Below are positions 9,235 to 18,806 of a stretch of DNA of 64,000 bases, in pieces. Numbering within the stretch: the stretch's first letter is position 1; every line of letters begins with the position of its first letter. The notes beneath the pieces were generated by a model. That model was given only the letters and a program-made list of their open reading frames with translations, made no database searches and was not told where the DNA came from. The position numbers and the translations under genes were made by a program. Origin of the DNA: Cephaloticoccus sp. (lineage in GTDB: Bacteria; Verrucomicrobiota; Verrucomicrobiia; Opitutales; Opitutaceae); assembly GCA_021734075.1 (NCBI GenBank), contig JAIPJW010000003.1, positions 225 through 64,224 of the forward strand, written 5' to 3'.

Positions 9235-9867
9235 ATGCTTCGGGCGATGAAGATCAATTCCGCCTCTTTCCTGACCAGTGCGACCAATTTGAATTCGTGT
9301 CCGCCGACGGTGTTTGCGGAGTTCGCCTTCATCGGTCGTTCCAACGTCGGCAAGTCGTCGCTCATCAACATGCTGACGATGAAGAAGGGTCTCGCCAAGG
9401 TCTCGGAAACCCCGGGCAAGACCCAGTTGATCAATTTCTTCAGCATCAATGGCAATTGGAACCTGGTCGACCTTCCCGGCTACGGCTACGCCCGGGTTTC
9501 TAAAACCCAACGGGCTGATTTCAACGAGGCGGTGGCGGACTTTTTGGAAAAGCGGGAAACGCTGCGGCACACCTTTGCCCTGATCGATTCGCGGCTACCC
9601 CCGCAGGTGATTGATGTGGAATTCATCAACTGGCTGATTGGCGCGGAAATCCCCTTTGCCATCGTCTTCACCAAGACGGACAAGCAGTCCGCGAGCAAGA
9701 CCCAGGCCAACATCGCCCACTTCCGGCAAAAGGTGCTCGCCGGCATCACGCCAGGCCCAGCGACTTTCATCTCGTCGGCCGAAACCAAGGCCGGGAGAAA
9801 GGAGATCCTGGCGCATATCGAGGCCCAGATGAGTGCGCGCAAAAAGCAACCTACCGCTTCGGCATGA
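9235..9867 (+). CDS. engB: Ribosome-biogenesis GTPase EngB/YihA
   Basis: FIGRSNVGKSSLIN (G1), ETPGKTQLINFF, LVDLPGYGYA (G3), FTKTDK (G4). Start at the internal ATG 9235 (or 9247). The upstream part of track ORF 8941.. is antisense to the fucosidase gene. Confidence 0.9.
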   Translation: MLRAMKINSASFLTSATNLNSCPPTVFAEFAFIGRSNVGKSSLINMLTMKKGLAKVSETPGKTQLINFFSINGNWNLVDLPGYGYARVSKTQRADFNEAVADFLEKRETLRHTFALIDSRLPPQVIDVEFINWLIGAEIPFAIVFTKTDKQSASKTQANIAHFRQKVLAGITPGPATFISSAETKAGRKEILAHIEAQMSARKKQPTASA

Positions 9868-10618
9868 ACAAGAGCAGCGTCGCGATTTGTTGGTAGCCGA
9901 GAGTGGTATAGAGTTTCGCTCCGGCGTGGCTCGCGGTGAGCACCGCCGCCTTGACGCCGTGCTTGCGATCGTCGCGCAATAGCTGCGCCAGCAGGGCCGA
10001 GGCAATGCCCCGGCGCCGATACTTGGGCAGCACCATCATGTTGGAACACCAGGTGCCCTGTTGGCAGACAATGCTGCGCACCCAGCCGACGACCTTGCCC
10101 TCGATGAGCGCGGCATATTGCCGCAGCGGGGCGTCAGCTCCAAGGTGTTCGGGCAGGATTTGGCGGGACCCGGCGGCCCGGGTGACCGCATCGGCCAGTT
10201 CGGTCGTGCGGACACGCTGGATCATGGCGGGAGATTTGGCCCGCGGGATGCGCTTGAGGGCATGCACCATCACCGGCTCGCCGACCTTGAACCGGTAGCC
10301 CATGGCCTTGTAAGCCTCGCGCATGGATTGATCGGATTCACCAAAGGGCAGAAACGCGCAGACGCAGAAACGTCCGCGCGTGTGTTGGCGGATGATCCGA
10401 TCGACTTCATCCGGGGCGGTTCCATAGGCGCTCCATTCCTCGTTGCGGTAATCCTTGTCCAGCTTGCGGGGGGCATCACGCAACACCCAGAGCGGTCCGA
10501 CCTTCGTCCCGAGGTAGGGATGAGTGAAGCTCCGGGTGAAACCAAAGCCCTGCACGAAAACCTCAATGGCTCGGGTCAGTTTCGGATCCATCGAGTGGGG
10601 TGGCGGGGATTTTGCCAT
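9851..10618 (-). CDS. GNAT-family N-acetyltransferase (two-domain)
   Basis: C-terminal MMVLPKYRRRGIASALLAQLL acetyl-CoA binding motif. Start at ATG 10618 (MAKSPPP). The 3' end overlaps engB by 17 nt (convergent). Confidence 0.7.
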   Translation of the reverse strand: MAKSPPPHSMDPKLTRAIEVFVQGFGFTRSFTHPYLGTKVGPLWVLRDAPRKLDKDYRNEEWSAYGTAPDEVDRIIRQHTRGRFCVCAFLPFGESDQSMREAYKAMGYRFKVGEPVMVHALKRIPRAKSPAMIQRVRTTELADAVTRAAGSRQILPEHLGADAPLRQYAALIEGKVVGWVRSIVCQQGTWCSNMMVLPKYRRRGIASALLAQLLRDDRKHGVKAAVLTASHAGAKLYTTLGYQQIATLLLFMPKR

Positions 10619-10720
10619 CGGGATTGATTTGGCAAAACCCGGGCGGAGCTTCAACCCGGTTTTTCTTTCCGTGGCTTGCACGATCGACAGCCAATGCACT
10701 TATGATCGGGGCGTAAGAAC

Positions 10721-10894
10721 ATGAAACGTCCCACCCGCGTCACCAAACAGCTCTCCTGCCGGGGTAAACGGCGGTATCGCTCCCAGGGCGATGCCCTCGA
10801 TGCCGCGATGCTGGCGGGGGTGGAACGGGAACGCCGCGCTTACGTTTGTCCGTGGTGCGCACAGTGGCACCTGACAACCGTGCCCAAGGACTGA
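10721..10894 (+). CDS. Small (57 aa) zinc-ribbon-like protein, not in the ORF track
   Basis: Own translation: MKRPTRVTKQLSCRGKRRYRSQGDALDAAMLAGVERERRAYVCPWCAQWHLTTVPKD. High GC3. Cys at 13 plus CxxC followed by WHLT, a pattern I recall from small conserved bacterial proteins. Confidence 0.55.
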   Translation: MKRPTRVTKQLSCRGKRRYRSQGDALDAAMLAGVERERRAYVCPWCAQWHLTTVPKD

Positions 10895-10987
10895 GGCGCA
10901 CGGCCGGACTTGGTTATTGAGCCTCGTGCCATGGCATGACTCTGCCCGGGGGTGGAACGTGCGCTCCGCGCGCGTTGGTTGCTTGGA

Positions 10988-12712
10988 CTATCTTGCGTGC
11001 AAGCCGCGCGCAGAGCGCACGGCCACCGGAGCCGTCAGTCGGGTGATCGTTGATAAATAAAGCGCGCCGGGTTGAATCATCTCCGCGAGGGTCATGCCGG
11101 CGAAGCCGGTGGCTTCCATGCGCAGGCCGGCCCACGAACGGATGGCATGACGGGTGATCGGACGGCCGCGATCCGGCGTCATCACGCCCAGGCTGCGGCG
11201 GAGGGCGGGAACACTCAACAAGTGGCGCGCTTCCGTGATGGCCTGTTCGAGTCGTGGGGTGGATTTGCCGTGCCGTTGGACGAACAGCAGTGTTTGCACC
11301 ATGCCGACGCTTTTGGCGTTGTTCCAGATATCCTGAAAGGGCCACCACGTGGCGTTGCCCTGGGCCGCGAGCAAACCGGCGCGGCCGTGAACGCGGTGAT
11401 GCAAGGCGCGTTGGAGAGCATGACGCAGCGAGGCATCGGTCGTATGATGCCACGTCGTGATGAAGCCCTCGTCGTAATACCACTGGTCACCGAAATGCAG
11501 GCGATCGAGGACAAAGGGTTTACCGTTGTGCACCACCCAATGCGGCGCGCGGCCGAGCATGCGCCCGTCGGTCCGCCAATCCTTGAGCAGAAAGCGCATG
11601 GCCCGGTTGGCGACCTTGAGGTAGCGCAAGTCACCGGTCACCTTGGCTACGAGGGCATAGGTCGAAGCTTGGATGGCGGTGGAGCAGGAATAGATGGCGG
11701 TGGGTTGCGGCCATACGCCGTCATCAAACGCGCCGTTGCTCCGTTGAAACCGCGGAGCCCACTCATCACAGAACAAGCGCAGCGCATTCAGATAACGTCT
11801 TTGGCGGGCACCGCTCACTTGGGCCATCGCCACGGCCAAAGCGGTCACCATCGAACCAATGTCCGACATGGGCAGGCGTTCCTCGCGCAGGATGCGCTCG
11901 ACCTCCTTTGTGGCCAGGCGTTTCGTTGGTTGGCCGCGCCGCCCGGCTTCCCAGGCGCCGTTGGGCAGTTGTTCGCCGACGAAAAGATCGAGAAGTTTGG
12001 TGGCGGCGTCGAGATAGCGTGGGCGTCTCAACAAGCGGTGTCCGGCCAGCAATGTGCGCAGCGGCATGGATGCGGTATACCAAAAACTCTGGCCCGGGCC
12101 GTGGGTGTCGCCGAGAAAGCCGTCCGGTTCCCGGTGTCGCAGGAGCCAGTCGCAGAGCTGGCGCAGGATGTCGGTTGGATCCGGGGTTTTATAATGGGCC
12201 AGTGCGACCCGGGAAGGCGGGGCGGCGGGTGGGGCCTGGCGAAAGAGCGGTTGGAGATCGACCGAGGCCGGAGCGAACACCTCGATGGTGTTGATCAGGA
12301 AGTCATGACCGGCAGCGGGGGTGAATTTCAAATCCAGCCGGTTGTTTCGCGCCTGGGCGACGAGGCGGTGGCGGCTGATTTTGCGGGGTGTAATCCGCAC
12401 ATGAAGGGCGTCCGTAACCCCGGTCGCATTCACCCGGAAAGGGCCGTGGCCGGGTTCCTTGGTGAAGCAGGTGAGCACGACCTTGTAGTCACCATCCGGC
12501 AGGCCGAGGGCGAGGGTCGCGGCCGAAGTAGAATGCACATAACCCTCGAGTCGGGCCTCACGAATGTTGCGCCCGGCGCCCTCATTCACGGGGCCAAGCC
12601 AACCATAGGCGGGGTGCGTATATAAGCGTGACAGCAGGATATACCCGCGCTGCCTGCGTTGGTATACATTGCCGAACTGCAGGGCCAGAATGCGCTGGTT
12701 GGGTCGCTTCAC
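10988..12712 (-). CDS. Hypothetical 574-aa protein, possibly beta-sandwich plus alpha/alpha-barrel (glycoside hydrolase/lyase-like)
   Basis: Long ORF with coding GC3. Trp/aromatic-rich helical repeats (LPNGAWEAG, SNGAFDDGVW). GTGA overlap with the upstream cupin gene. Function not recognised. Confidence 0.6.
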   Translation of the reverse strand: MKRPNQRILALQFGNVYQRRQRGYILLSRLYTHPAYGWLGPVNEGAGRNIREARLEGYVHSTSAATLALGLPDGDYKVVLTCFTKEPGHGPFRVNATGVTDALHVRITPRKISRHRLVAQARNNRLDLKFTPAAGHDFLINTIEVFAPASVDLQPLFRQAPPAAPPSRVALAHYKTPDPTDILRQLCDWLLRHREPDGFLGDTHGPGQSFWYTASMPLRTLLAGHRLLRRPRYLDAATKLLDLFVGEQLPNGAWEAGRRGQPTKRLATKEVERILREERLPMSDIGSMVTALAVAMAQVSGARQRRYLNALRLFCDEWAPRFQRSNGAFDDGVWPQPTAIYSCSTAIQASTYALVAKVTGDLRYLKVANRAMRFLLKDWRTDGRMLGRAPHWVVHNGKPFVLDRLHFGDQWYYDEGFITTWHHTTDASLRHALQRALHHRVHGRAGLLAAQGNATWWPFQDIWNNAKSVGMVQTLLFVQRHGKSTPRLEQAITEARHLLSVPALRRSLGVMTPDRGRPITRHAIRSWAGLRMEATGFAGMTLAEMIQPGALYLSTITRLTAPVAVRSARGLHAR

Positions 12713-13056
12713 AAATCGCGATGCACGACCCGTTTTCCACCAAAGGCATCAATGGCGCGATAACCGGCCGAATAGCTCCCACTGTGTGGCGTGCCGGCGG
12801 GGATATGGCATTCGTCGCCCGGACCCATGGTCACGGCCTGGGTGCCAATAAAACCGGTGAAGGTGCCACTCAACAAGACGGCGTATTCATCGTATTCGTG
12901 GCTGTGCGTGGGACTGGTGCCGCCTTCCTGGCATTGCCAGAGCACGATTTGGGTGCCGTCACGTCCTTCGAAGACGTAACCTTCCAGAGCCTCCGACAGG
13001 TTGGAGCCAGCGACGGCGTTGGGTGCCTGACGCATAAACGCGGGGAACTCTTTCAT
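12709..13056 (-). CDS. Cupin-domain protein
   Basis: GTSPTHSHEYDEYAVLLSG ... GPGDECHIPAGTPHSG (two cupin motifs). Confidence 0.8.
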   Translation of the reverse strand: MKEFPAFMRQAPNAVAGSNLSEALEGYVFEGRDGTQIVLWQCQEGGTSPTHSHEYDEYAVLLSGTFTGFIGTQAVTMGPGDECHIPAGTPHSGSYSAGYRAIDAFGGKRVVHRDL

Positions 13057-13136
13057 GGATAAATAGGATGGGGAACGAACTGAACCAAGCCGTCAGTCGC
13101 GTGGAAACCAAGCCGAAAGACGCGGCCCATGGGGGG

Positions 13137-14168
13137 TCACCCAGTGCCCGGGGATATTGGGCCCAGTCCGGTCACGGTGTCGCGCGTGAATTTGTCCCAG
13201 GCCGCGACGAGGCGGTCCTCTTTACTGGCGGGATCGGCGGAGGTGATGGTTTTGTGGGCATCCATCCACGCCACGGTTTGGCGCACGCCTGCCTCGAACG
13301 GGGTGGCATTGCGATACTCCGGCACATCGCGCCTCAGTTTGTCGCTGGAATAGACCCCGTGGTAGCGAAAGATTTCCGCCAGCGCCAGGTAACGTTCCCG
13401 ATCAATGGCCAGAAGGAGATCGGTCGGGATATGGACAATGCGCGGGACAGGGGCGCCGATCGCGGCCGCCGTGCGCAGGGTATATTCGTCCCAAGTGACC
13501 ACTTCATCGGCCGTGATGTTGTAAGCCTCGCCGAAGCATTTCGGATTGCCCGCCGCATGGGCAAACCCGACCCCGACATCCTCTGAAAAGGCACTCTGCC
13601 AAAGTCCATGCCCGTCTCCGCTGACGATGATGGGGAGACCGCGGCGCAACCGGTCGACAAAGGATGGCTCCCAACCGATGTTGTTGATGATCACACCGCC
13701 CGGTCCGTAGGTATGCGACGGGCGCAGGATGGTGACGGGAAACTTGCCTGCGGTGTGCGCCTGGCGAAACACCTCTTCGCACGCCACCTTGTCGCGACCG
13801 TAGTCGGAGTGGGGGTTCTGCGGGGTGCTTTCATCCGTGGGCACGATGGTCTGCGAGTTGCCGTAGGTGCACACCGTGCTGCAGAACAGGAAATGTCCGC
13901 AGCGGCCCGCAAAGGCGCGCACATCACTGGCGGCCTGATCGGGCCGAAAGCAGATCATGTCGATCACCGCGTCCCACGGCCCGGCGGCGGCGACGCTGGA
14001 CTCGAAGGCCGGGAAGTCATTGCGATCGCCGGTCAGGTGATGCACGTCACCCAGACGATCATCGGTTTGTCCGCGGTTGAAGACCGTGATGTCGGCCCCG
14101 CGCATCTTCAGCGCCTTGACGATGCCGGTGGAGATGAGGCCGCTGCCGCCGATGATGAGGACTTTCAT
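13137..14168 (-). CDS. NAD-dependent epimerase/dehydratase (extended SDR)
   Basis: MKVLIIGGSGLISTGIV Rossmann motif and YGRDK (YxxxK). Confidence 0.85.
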   Translation of the reverse strand: MKVLIIGGSGLISTGIVKALKMRGADITVFNRGQTDDRLGDVHHLTGDRNDFPAFESSVAAAGPWDAVIDMICFRPDQAASDVRAFAGRCGHFLFCSTVCTYGNSQTIVPTDESTPQNPHSDYGRDKVACEEVFRQAHTAGKFPVTILRPSHTYGPGGVIINNIGWEPSFVDRLRRGLPIIVSGDGHGLWQSAFSEDVGVGFAHAAGNPKCFGEAYNITADEVVTWDEYTLRTAAAIGAPVPRIVHIPTDLLLAIDRERYLALAEIFRYHGVYSSDKLRRDVPEYRNATPFEAGVRQTVAWMDAHKTITSADPASKEDRLVAAWDKFTRDTVTGLGPISPGTG

Positions 14169-14284
14169 GACGGTAGCGAATGCCTCCGGTGCTTGCCTGT
14201 CGAATCCTCATGTGCGGAAAATCGGCACACCCACTGAGATATCGACCTGACGGAATAAGCCGGTCATCCTGCGCAACCAATCGG

Positions 14285-15457
14285 ATGCACGGTGTTTCAC
14301 TCATTTTCCGGCGCAGATTCCCGCTGAAGGCAGGGCTGGTCGTCCTGTGTCTGTGGGTCACCACCGCCTCCGCGGACCCCGTTCCACCGGAGCCACTGAA
14401 GGCGGGCAGTGTGTTGGATACCCTCACCGTCGGTGAGGTCACTTATCGGCAGGTCACGGTAAAAAGCGTCAGTGCCCGCACGGTTTTGTTTTTGCACCGG
14501 GAGGGCATGACCTCGGTGCGGTTGCGCGATCTCACCCCCGGATTGCAGACCCGCTTCGGCTATGATCCTGCGGCCGAGAAGGCCAGTGAGCGGGCGATGC
14601 AAACCGCCATTGCCGAGCGGGAAGCCCGGCTGGCCCGGGCGCGCAAGGCCGCGGCCAGCGCGCGCAAGGATCAGGTGCGATCCAGATTTGATCAGGTGCT
14701 GCAGCATTTTGGCACGGAGGCCCGCTTGCACAAGGAGGTGGATCTGCGGCCGCGTTTCAACGAGCTGGCCCTGTATGTGAAGGACCAGGGGCGGCGGCCC
14801 AGCTGCTCGGTCTTTGCCGTGGTGAGCGCGTTGGAATACATTTACGCGGACAACACGGGCCAACCGATCAAGTATTCCGAGGAATACCTCATCTGGGCCA
14901 CCGGCCGCACAATCCAGCAACTGGGCGCCTCGATCCAGAATGAAAACTCAACGGGGGAGGACGCCGACACAGGATTTGCCCTGACCGAAGTCGTGACCGC
15001 CTTGCGCACCTATGGCATACCCCCGGCCAGCAGCATGCCCAACACGGTTGGCGTGAGAAACAACGTGGTCGCCGCCCCCCCGCCGGAAGTGATCGCCGAG
15101 GCCCAGGCCCACACGCTGGTGGCGGTGCACCTGGTGCCGGGGCGGGACAATGCCACCCAGTTGAACAATATCGTGCATGCGTTGAATGCCGGCATCCCCG
15201 TGGCGATCGGGACGGCCTGGCCCCGCTTCACCAATATGCGGGCCGCCTTGCTCGACACGCAGATTCCCAGTTACGGGCATGCGATCACGCTGGTCGGCTA
15301 CACCTGCCCGACCGGACGATTGCAGGACACAAAATTCATCTTCAAGAATTCCTGGGGGGTCAAATGGGGCGCCGGCGGTTACGGTTTCGCCACCTATGCC
15401 TACCTGCAGGAGCACCTCAATTCCGCGATTCTGCTGGAACTGCAGACGTCCGCTTGA
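14285..15457 (+). CDS. Secreted papain-like (C1 family) cysteine peptidase
   Basis: Signal-like LVVLCLWVTTASA. QGRRPSCSVFAV (Cys nucleophile), GHAITLVGY (His), FKNSWGVKWG (Asn-Ser-Trp). Start at internal ATG 14285. Confidence 0.75.
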   Translation: MHGVSLIFRRRFPLKAGLVVLCLWVTTASADPVPPEPLKAGSVLDTLTVGEVTYRQVTVKSVSARTVLFLHREGMTSVRLRDLTPGLQTRFGYDPAAEKASERAMQTAIAEREARLARARKAAASARKDQVRSRFDQVLQHFGTEARLHKEVDLRPRFNELALYVKDQGRRPSCSVFAVVSALEYIYADNTGQPIKYSEEYLIWATGRTIQQLGASIQNENSTGEDADTGFALTEVVTALRTYGIPPASSMPNTVGVRNNVVAAPPPEVIAEAQAHTLVAVHLVPGRDNATQLNNIVHALNAGIPVAIGTAWPRFTNMRAALLDTQIPSYGHAITLVGYTCPTGRLQDTKFIFKNSWGVKWGAGGYGFATYAYLQEHLNSAILLELQTSA

Positions 15458-15536
15458 GCCGGAGCGGGTCACCCCGGCAGGATAAAACTAGCAACCCACG
15501 GCCTGGCGTCTTATCAGGTTGCAACACCGATTTGCC

Positions 15537-16895
15537 ATGACCGAACACGAACAGATGATCGACCAGCTTGAGCACTGCATTGACACGCAGAACGCGCAGG
15601 GTGCCGGTGCCCTGTTGGAATCCCTGCCGTCAGGCGAACGCTCGCGGTTGATTGACCGACTCGATGACGAACGTCAGGAGCGGCTGATGGTCATGATCCA
15701 GCCCGAACAGGCGGCGGACCTGCTCGAGCATATGGCCGATGCCCAAGCGGTGGATATTTTGGATGGCATTGATCCCGACCGGGCGGCGGACATCCTTGAG
15801 GAACTCGATAGTGATGCGGCCGCCGACATGCTGGGCGAGTTGGAGGATGATGAGGCGGAGGCGATTCTCGAGGAGATGGAACCAGCCGAGGCGGCGGAAG
15901 CCCGCGAACTGCTCCGCTATGATGAAGACACAGCCGGTGGACTCATGCGGTCCGAGTTTTTAGCCTATCCCATGAGTGCCACCGTGGGGGATGTGACCGA
16001 GGACATGCGGGCAAACGCCGAGACCTACACCGACTACGATGTGCAATATGCCTACATCGTGGACGCGGAAAAGCGGACGGTTGGCGTGCTGCGCCTGCGT
16101 GATTTGCTTTTGTCCACTCCGGCCACCCCGGTGACCAAGATCATGCTGCCTGATCCACTGGTGGTGAACCATGCGACGCGGCTCGACGATCTGGTGCGCT
16201 TGTTTGACGAGAAGCAATTCGTGGGTTTTCCCGTTGTGGATGATCTCAAGCGCCTGATCGGCGTGGTCATGCGCAAGTCGGTGCGTGAGGCGGCGGCTGA
16301 GGATGTGGCGGAGGATTTTCTGAAAGTCAGCGGTTTGGGCGGCAAGGAGGAGTTGCGCTCCATGCCCCTGGGCGTGCGCTCGGGACGGCGCCTTTCCTGG
16401 CTGAGTGTGAACATCCTGCTCAACGTCCTCGCGGCGAGTGTGATTGCCGCCTACCAGGACACGCTGGCGCAGGTGATCGCCCTGGCGGTGTTTCTGCCGA
16501 TCATATCCGACATGAGCGGCTGCAGCGGCAGTCAGGCCGTGGCGGTGAGCATTCGTGAACTCGCGTTGGGTCTGGTGCGACCGGTGGAAATGATGCGGGT
16601 GCTGGGCAAGGAGATGGCGGTGGGGTGCATCAACGGCCTGGCGCTGGGCATCCTGTTGGGGGCGGTTACCCTGCTCTGGAAAGGCAACATGTGGTTGGGT
16701 GCGGTCGTGGGTGGGGCCCTCATGCTCAATACCATCGTGGCCGTGAGTCTGGGCGGCATGATTCCCCTGGCGCTGAAGCGCATGAATCTGGATCCCGCCC
16801 TGGCCTCGGGCCCCATCCTCACCACCGTGACCGACATGTGTGGATTCTTCTTTGTCCTGAGCATGGCCACCCTCGTGCTGCCGCACCTGGTGTGA
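15537..16895 (+). CDS. mgtE: Magnesium transporter MgtE
   Basis: Acidic MgtE-N region, CBS pair, C-terminal TM domain with PIISDMSGCSGSQA and GPILTTVTDMCGFF. ATG at 15537. Confidence 0.9.
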   Translation: MTEHEQMIDQLEHCIDTQNAQGAGALLESLPSGERSRLIDRLDDERQERLMVMIQPEQAADLLEHMADAQAVDILDGIDPDRAADILEELDSDAAADMLGELEDDEAEAILEEMEPAEAAEARELLRYDEDTAGGLMRSEFLAYPMSATVGDVTEDMRANAETYTDYDVQYAYIVDAEKRTVGVLRLRDLLLSTPATPVTKIMLPDPLVVNHATRLDDLVRLFDEKQFVGFPVVDDLKRLIGVVMRKSVREAAAEDVAEDFLKVSGLGGKEELRSMPLGVRSGRRLSWLSVNILLNVLAASVIAAYQDTLAQVIALAVFLPIISDMSGCSGSQAVAVSIRELALGLVRPVEMMRVLGKEMAVGCINGLALGILLGAVTLLWKGNMWLGAVVGGALMLNTIVAVSLGGMIPLALKRMNLDPALASGPILTTVTDMCGFFFVLSMATLVLPHLV

Positions 16896-17012
16896 GGATC
16901 GGCGCGGCATTATATTCTGGCAGTTCTTTTTGTGAAAAAAATACTTTCGGAGAAAAGACACCGGAGGAATTTGCTAGGACGACGGCGGTGATTGTGAAAG
17001 GCTGCGATCCGT

Positions 17013-18407
17013 ATGAAGCAATTTCCGGCGGGATTCACATGGGGGGCGGCGACGGCCGCTTATCAAATCGAGGGTGGGTGGAGTCAAGACGGACGCGGGC
17101 CGAGCATCTGGGATGCGTTCACCCATACCCCGGGCAAAACGAACGAGGGCCAGACGGCCGACACCGCTTGTGATCACTACAACCGAATGGAGGAGGATGT
17201 CGCCTTGATGAAGGCGATGGGGCTGAAGTCGTATCGGTTTTCGTTTGCCTGGAGTCGCCTGCTGCCCACGGGACGGGACACGGTGAACGAGGAGGGCGTG
17301 GCGTTTTACAACCGGCTGATCGACGCTTTGCTCGCGAATGGAATCACGCCATGGGTGACCCTCTACCATTGGGATTTGCCGCTGGCCTTGCAGATGGAAA
17401 CGGATGGTCTGCTCAATCCGGAAGTGGCTGATCAGTTCGCGCGCTACGCCGAGGTTTGTTTCGAGCGCTTCGGTGACCGGGTAAAGCACTGGATCACCTT
17501 GAATGAGCCGTGGTGCAGCGCTGTGCTCGGTCATGGCATCGGGTATTTTGCACCGGGCCGGGTGAGCCAATCAGAACCGTATATCGCGGCCCACAATCTG
17601 ATCCGAGCCCATGGGAAAATCGTGGACGTCTATCGGCGGAAGTTTCAATCCTGGCAAAAAGGCGTGATCGGCATCACCAATAATTGCGACTGGCGCGAGC
17701 CGAAGACGGACAGCGCGGCGGATCAGGCGGCGGCCCAGCGCAGTATGGAGTTTTTCCTCGGCTGGTTTGCCGATCCCATTTACCGGGGCGACTACCCGGC
17801 AGTGATGCGCGAGATGGTGGGTGACCGCCTGCCGCATTTTTCTGCGGAGGACATGGCGTTGATCCGCGGGTCGAGTGACTTTTTTGGCCTGAACTTCTAT
17901 GGCGGCATGTATGCCAGCGAGCCCCCGGCCGGACAGGCGGTGACCACGATCAAGCCCACCGGCAACGGGGGCATGGCCGCGGACCAACGGGTCGAATTGT
18001 CTGATGATCCCAAATGGGAAAAGACGGACATGGATTGGAACGTGGTGCCGGACTTTTGTCGCAAGATGCTCGGCTGGGTCGATAAACGTTACGGTCATCC
18101 GCCCATCTACATCACCGAGAACGGTTGTGCCTTGCCGGGAGAGCGTGACGTTACCGTGGCAGTCAACGACACCCGCCGCATTGATTTCGTTGAACGATAC
18201 CTGACGGCCTGTCATGCCGCGATCAACACAGATGGCGTGGATTTGCGCGGTTACTTCCTTTGGTCCCTTATGGACAATTTTGAATGGGCGCTGGGCTTCA
18301 GCAAACGCTTCGGGCTGCACCACGTGGATTTCACGACCGGCCAGCGCACTCCGAAACAGTCCGCGGCTTGGTATGGTGGCGTGATGGCGCGCAACGGTTT
18401 GGAATGA
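17013..18407 (+). CDS. GH1 beta-glucosidase
   Basis: FPAGFTWGAATAAYQIEGG, TLNEPW (acid/base Glu), YITENG (nucleophile Glu). Confidence 0.92.
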   Translation: MKQFPAGFTWGAATAAYQIEGGWSQDGRGPSIWDAFTHTPGKTNEGQTADTACDHYNRMEEDVALMKAMGLKSYRFSFAWSRLLPTGRDTVNEEGVAFYNRLIDALLANGITPWVTLYHWDLPLALQMETDGLLNPEVADQFARYAEVCFERFGDRVKHWITLNEPWCSAVLGHGIGYFAPGRVSQSEPYIAAHNLIRAHGKIVDVYRRKFQSWQKGVIGITNNCDWREPKTDSAADQAAAQRSMEFFLGWFADPIYRGDYPAVMREMVGDRLPHFSAEDMALIRGSSDFFGLNFYGGMYASEPPAGQAVTTIKPTGNGGMAADQRVELSDDPKWEKTDMDWNVVPDFCRKMLGWVDKRYGHPPIYITENGCALPGERDVTVAVNDTRRIDFVERYLTACHAAINTDGVDLRGYFLWSLMDNFEWALGFSKRFGLHHVDFTTGQRTPKQSAAWYGGVMARNGLE

Positions 18408-18436
18408 GGAGTTATGCGCAAAGCACGCCAAGTGGC

Positions 18437-18675
18437 GAAGGTCGGAATGCGGATTATTGCCGCTAAGAGGCACAAGAAATCGGAGCGCGGATGTGACTCA
18501 TGAGGCGGCTATAGCCGCGCAGTTGAGCTGGAGAGGAGCTGAGTGTCTTTGCGACTTTTTGCGGCCAAAAAATGCTCGGTTACGACGGACAAGACAGCGG
18601 GCACAGCTCCCGGCCGATGATCATGTTCCTTTGGGTAGATAGGGAAAGATTAAGGGAACTAGAAAGAAAGATGCG
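18437..18675 (+). repeat. Intergenic repeat copy A (~240 bp), related to copy B at 19811..20060
   Basis: Manual alignment. The 5' block GAAGGTCGGAATGCGGATT..GCCGCTAAGAGGCACAAGAAATCGG..GCGGATGTGACTCATGAGGCGGCTATAGCCGCGCAGTTGAGCTGG and the 3' block GATTAAGGGAACTAGAAAGAAAGATG both match copy B. The middle diverges. Confidence 0.7.
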
Positions 18676-18806
18676 AAACGAATAGGCGGGTTGTTTCGTG
18701 TATCCGGTGTATTTCGTGGTTCTTTATCCGGGTCTGGATCCGTGGAATGGTGGCTTGATTCAACAGCGTCGCCCCGGGCCGAGGGCTCCCCACCATAGTC
18801 GGAGGG

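Noticed and set aside
11072-12625. 517-aa plus-strand ORF antisense to the 574-aa gene. The same pattern occurs at 5151..6131, 15960..16961, 23289..24290, 26275..27321, 54738..56036, 58808..60247 and 61300..62280.
   Set aside because: All are long antisense frames over genes with recognisable motifs or better codon bias. They are expected by chance at this GC content.
15458-15536. M-box (Mg2+) riboswitch upstream of mgtE
   Set aside because: The leader is only ~80 nt, too short for the ~160-nt M-box, and no matching conserved helices were seen.
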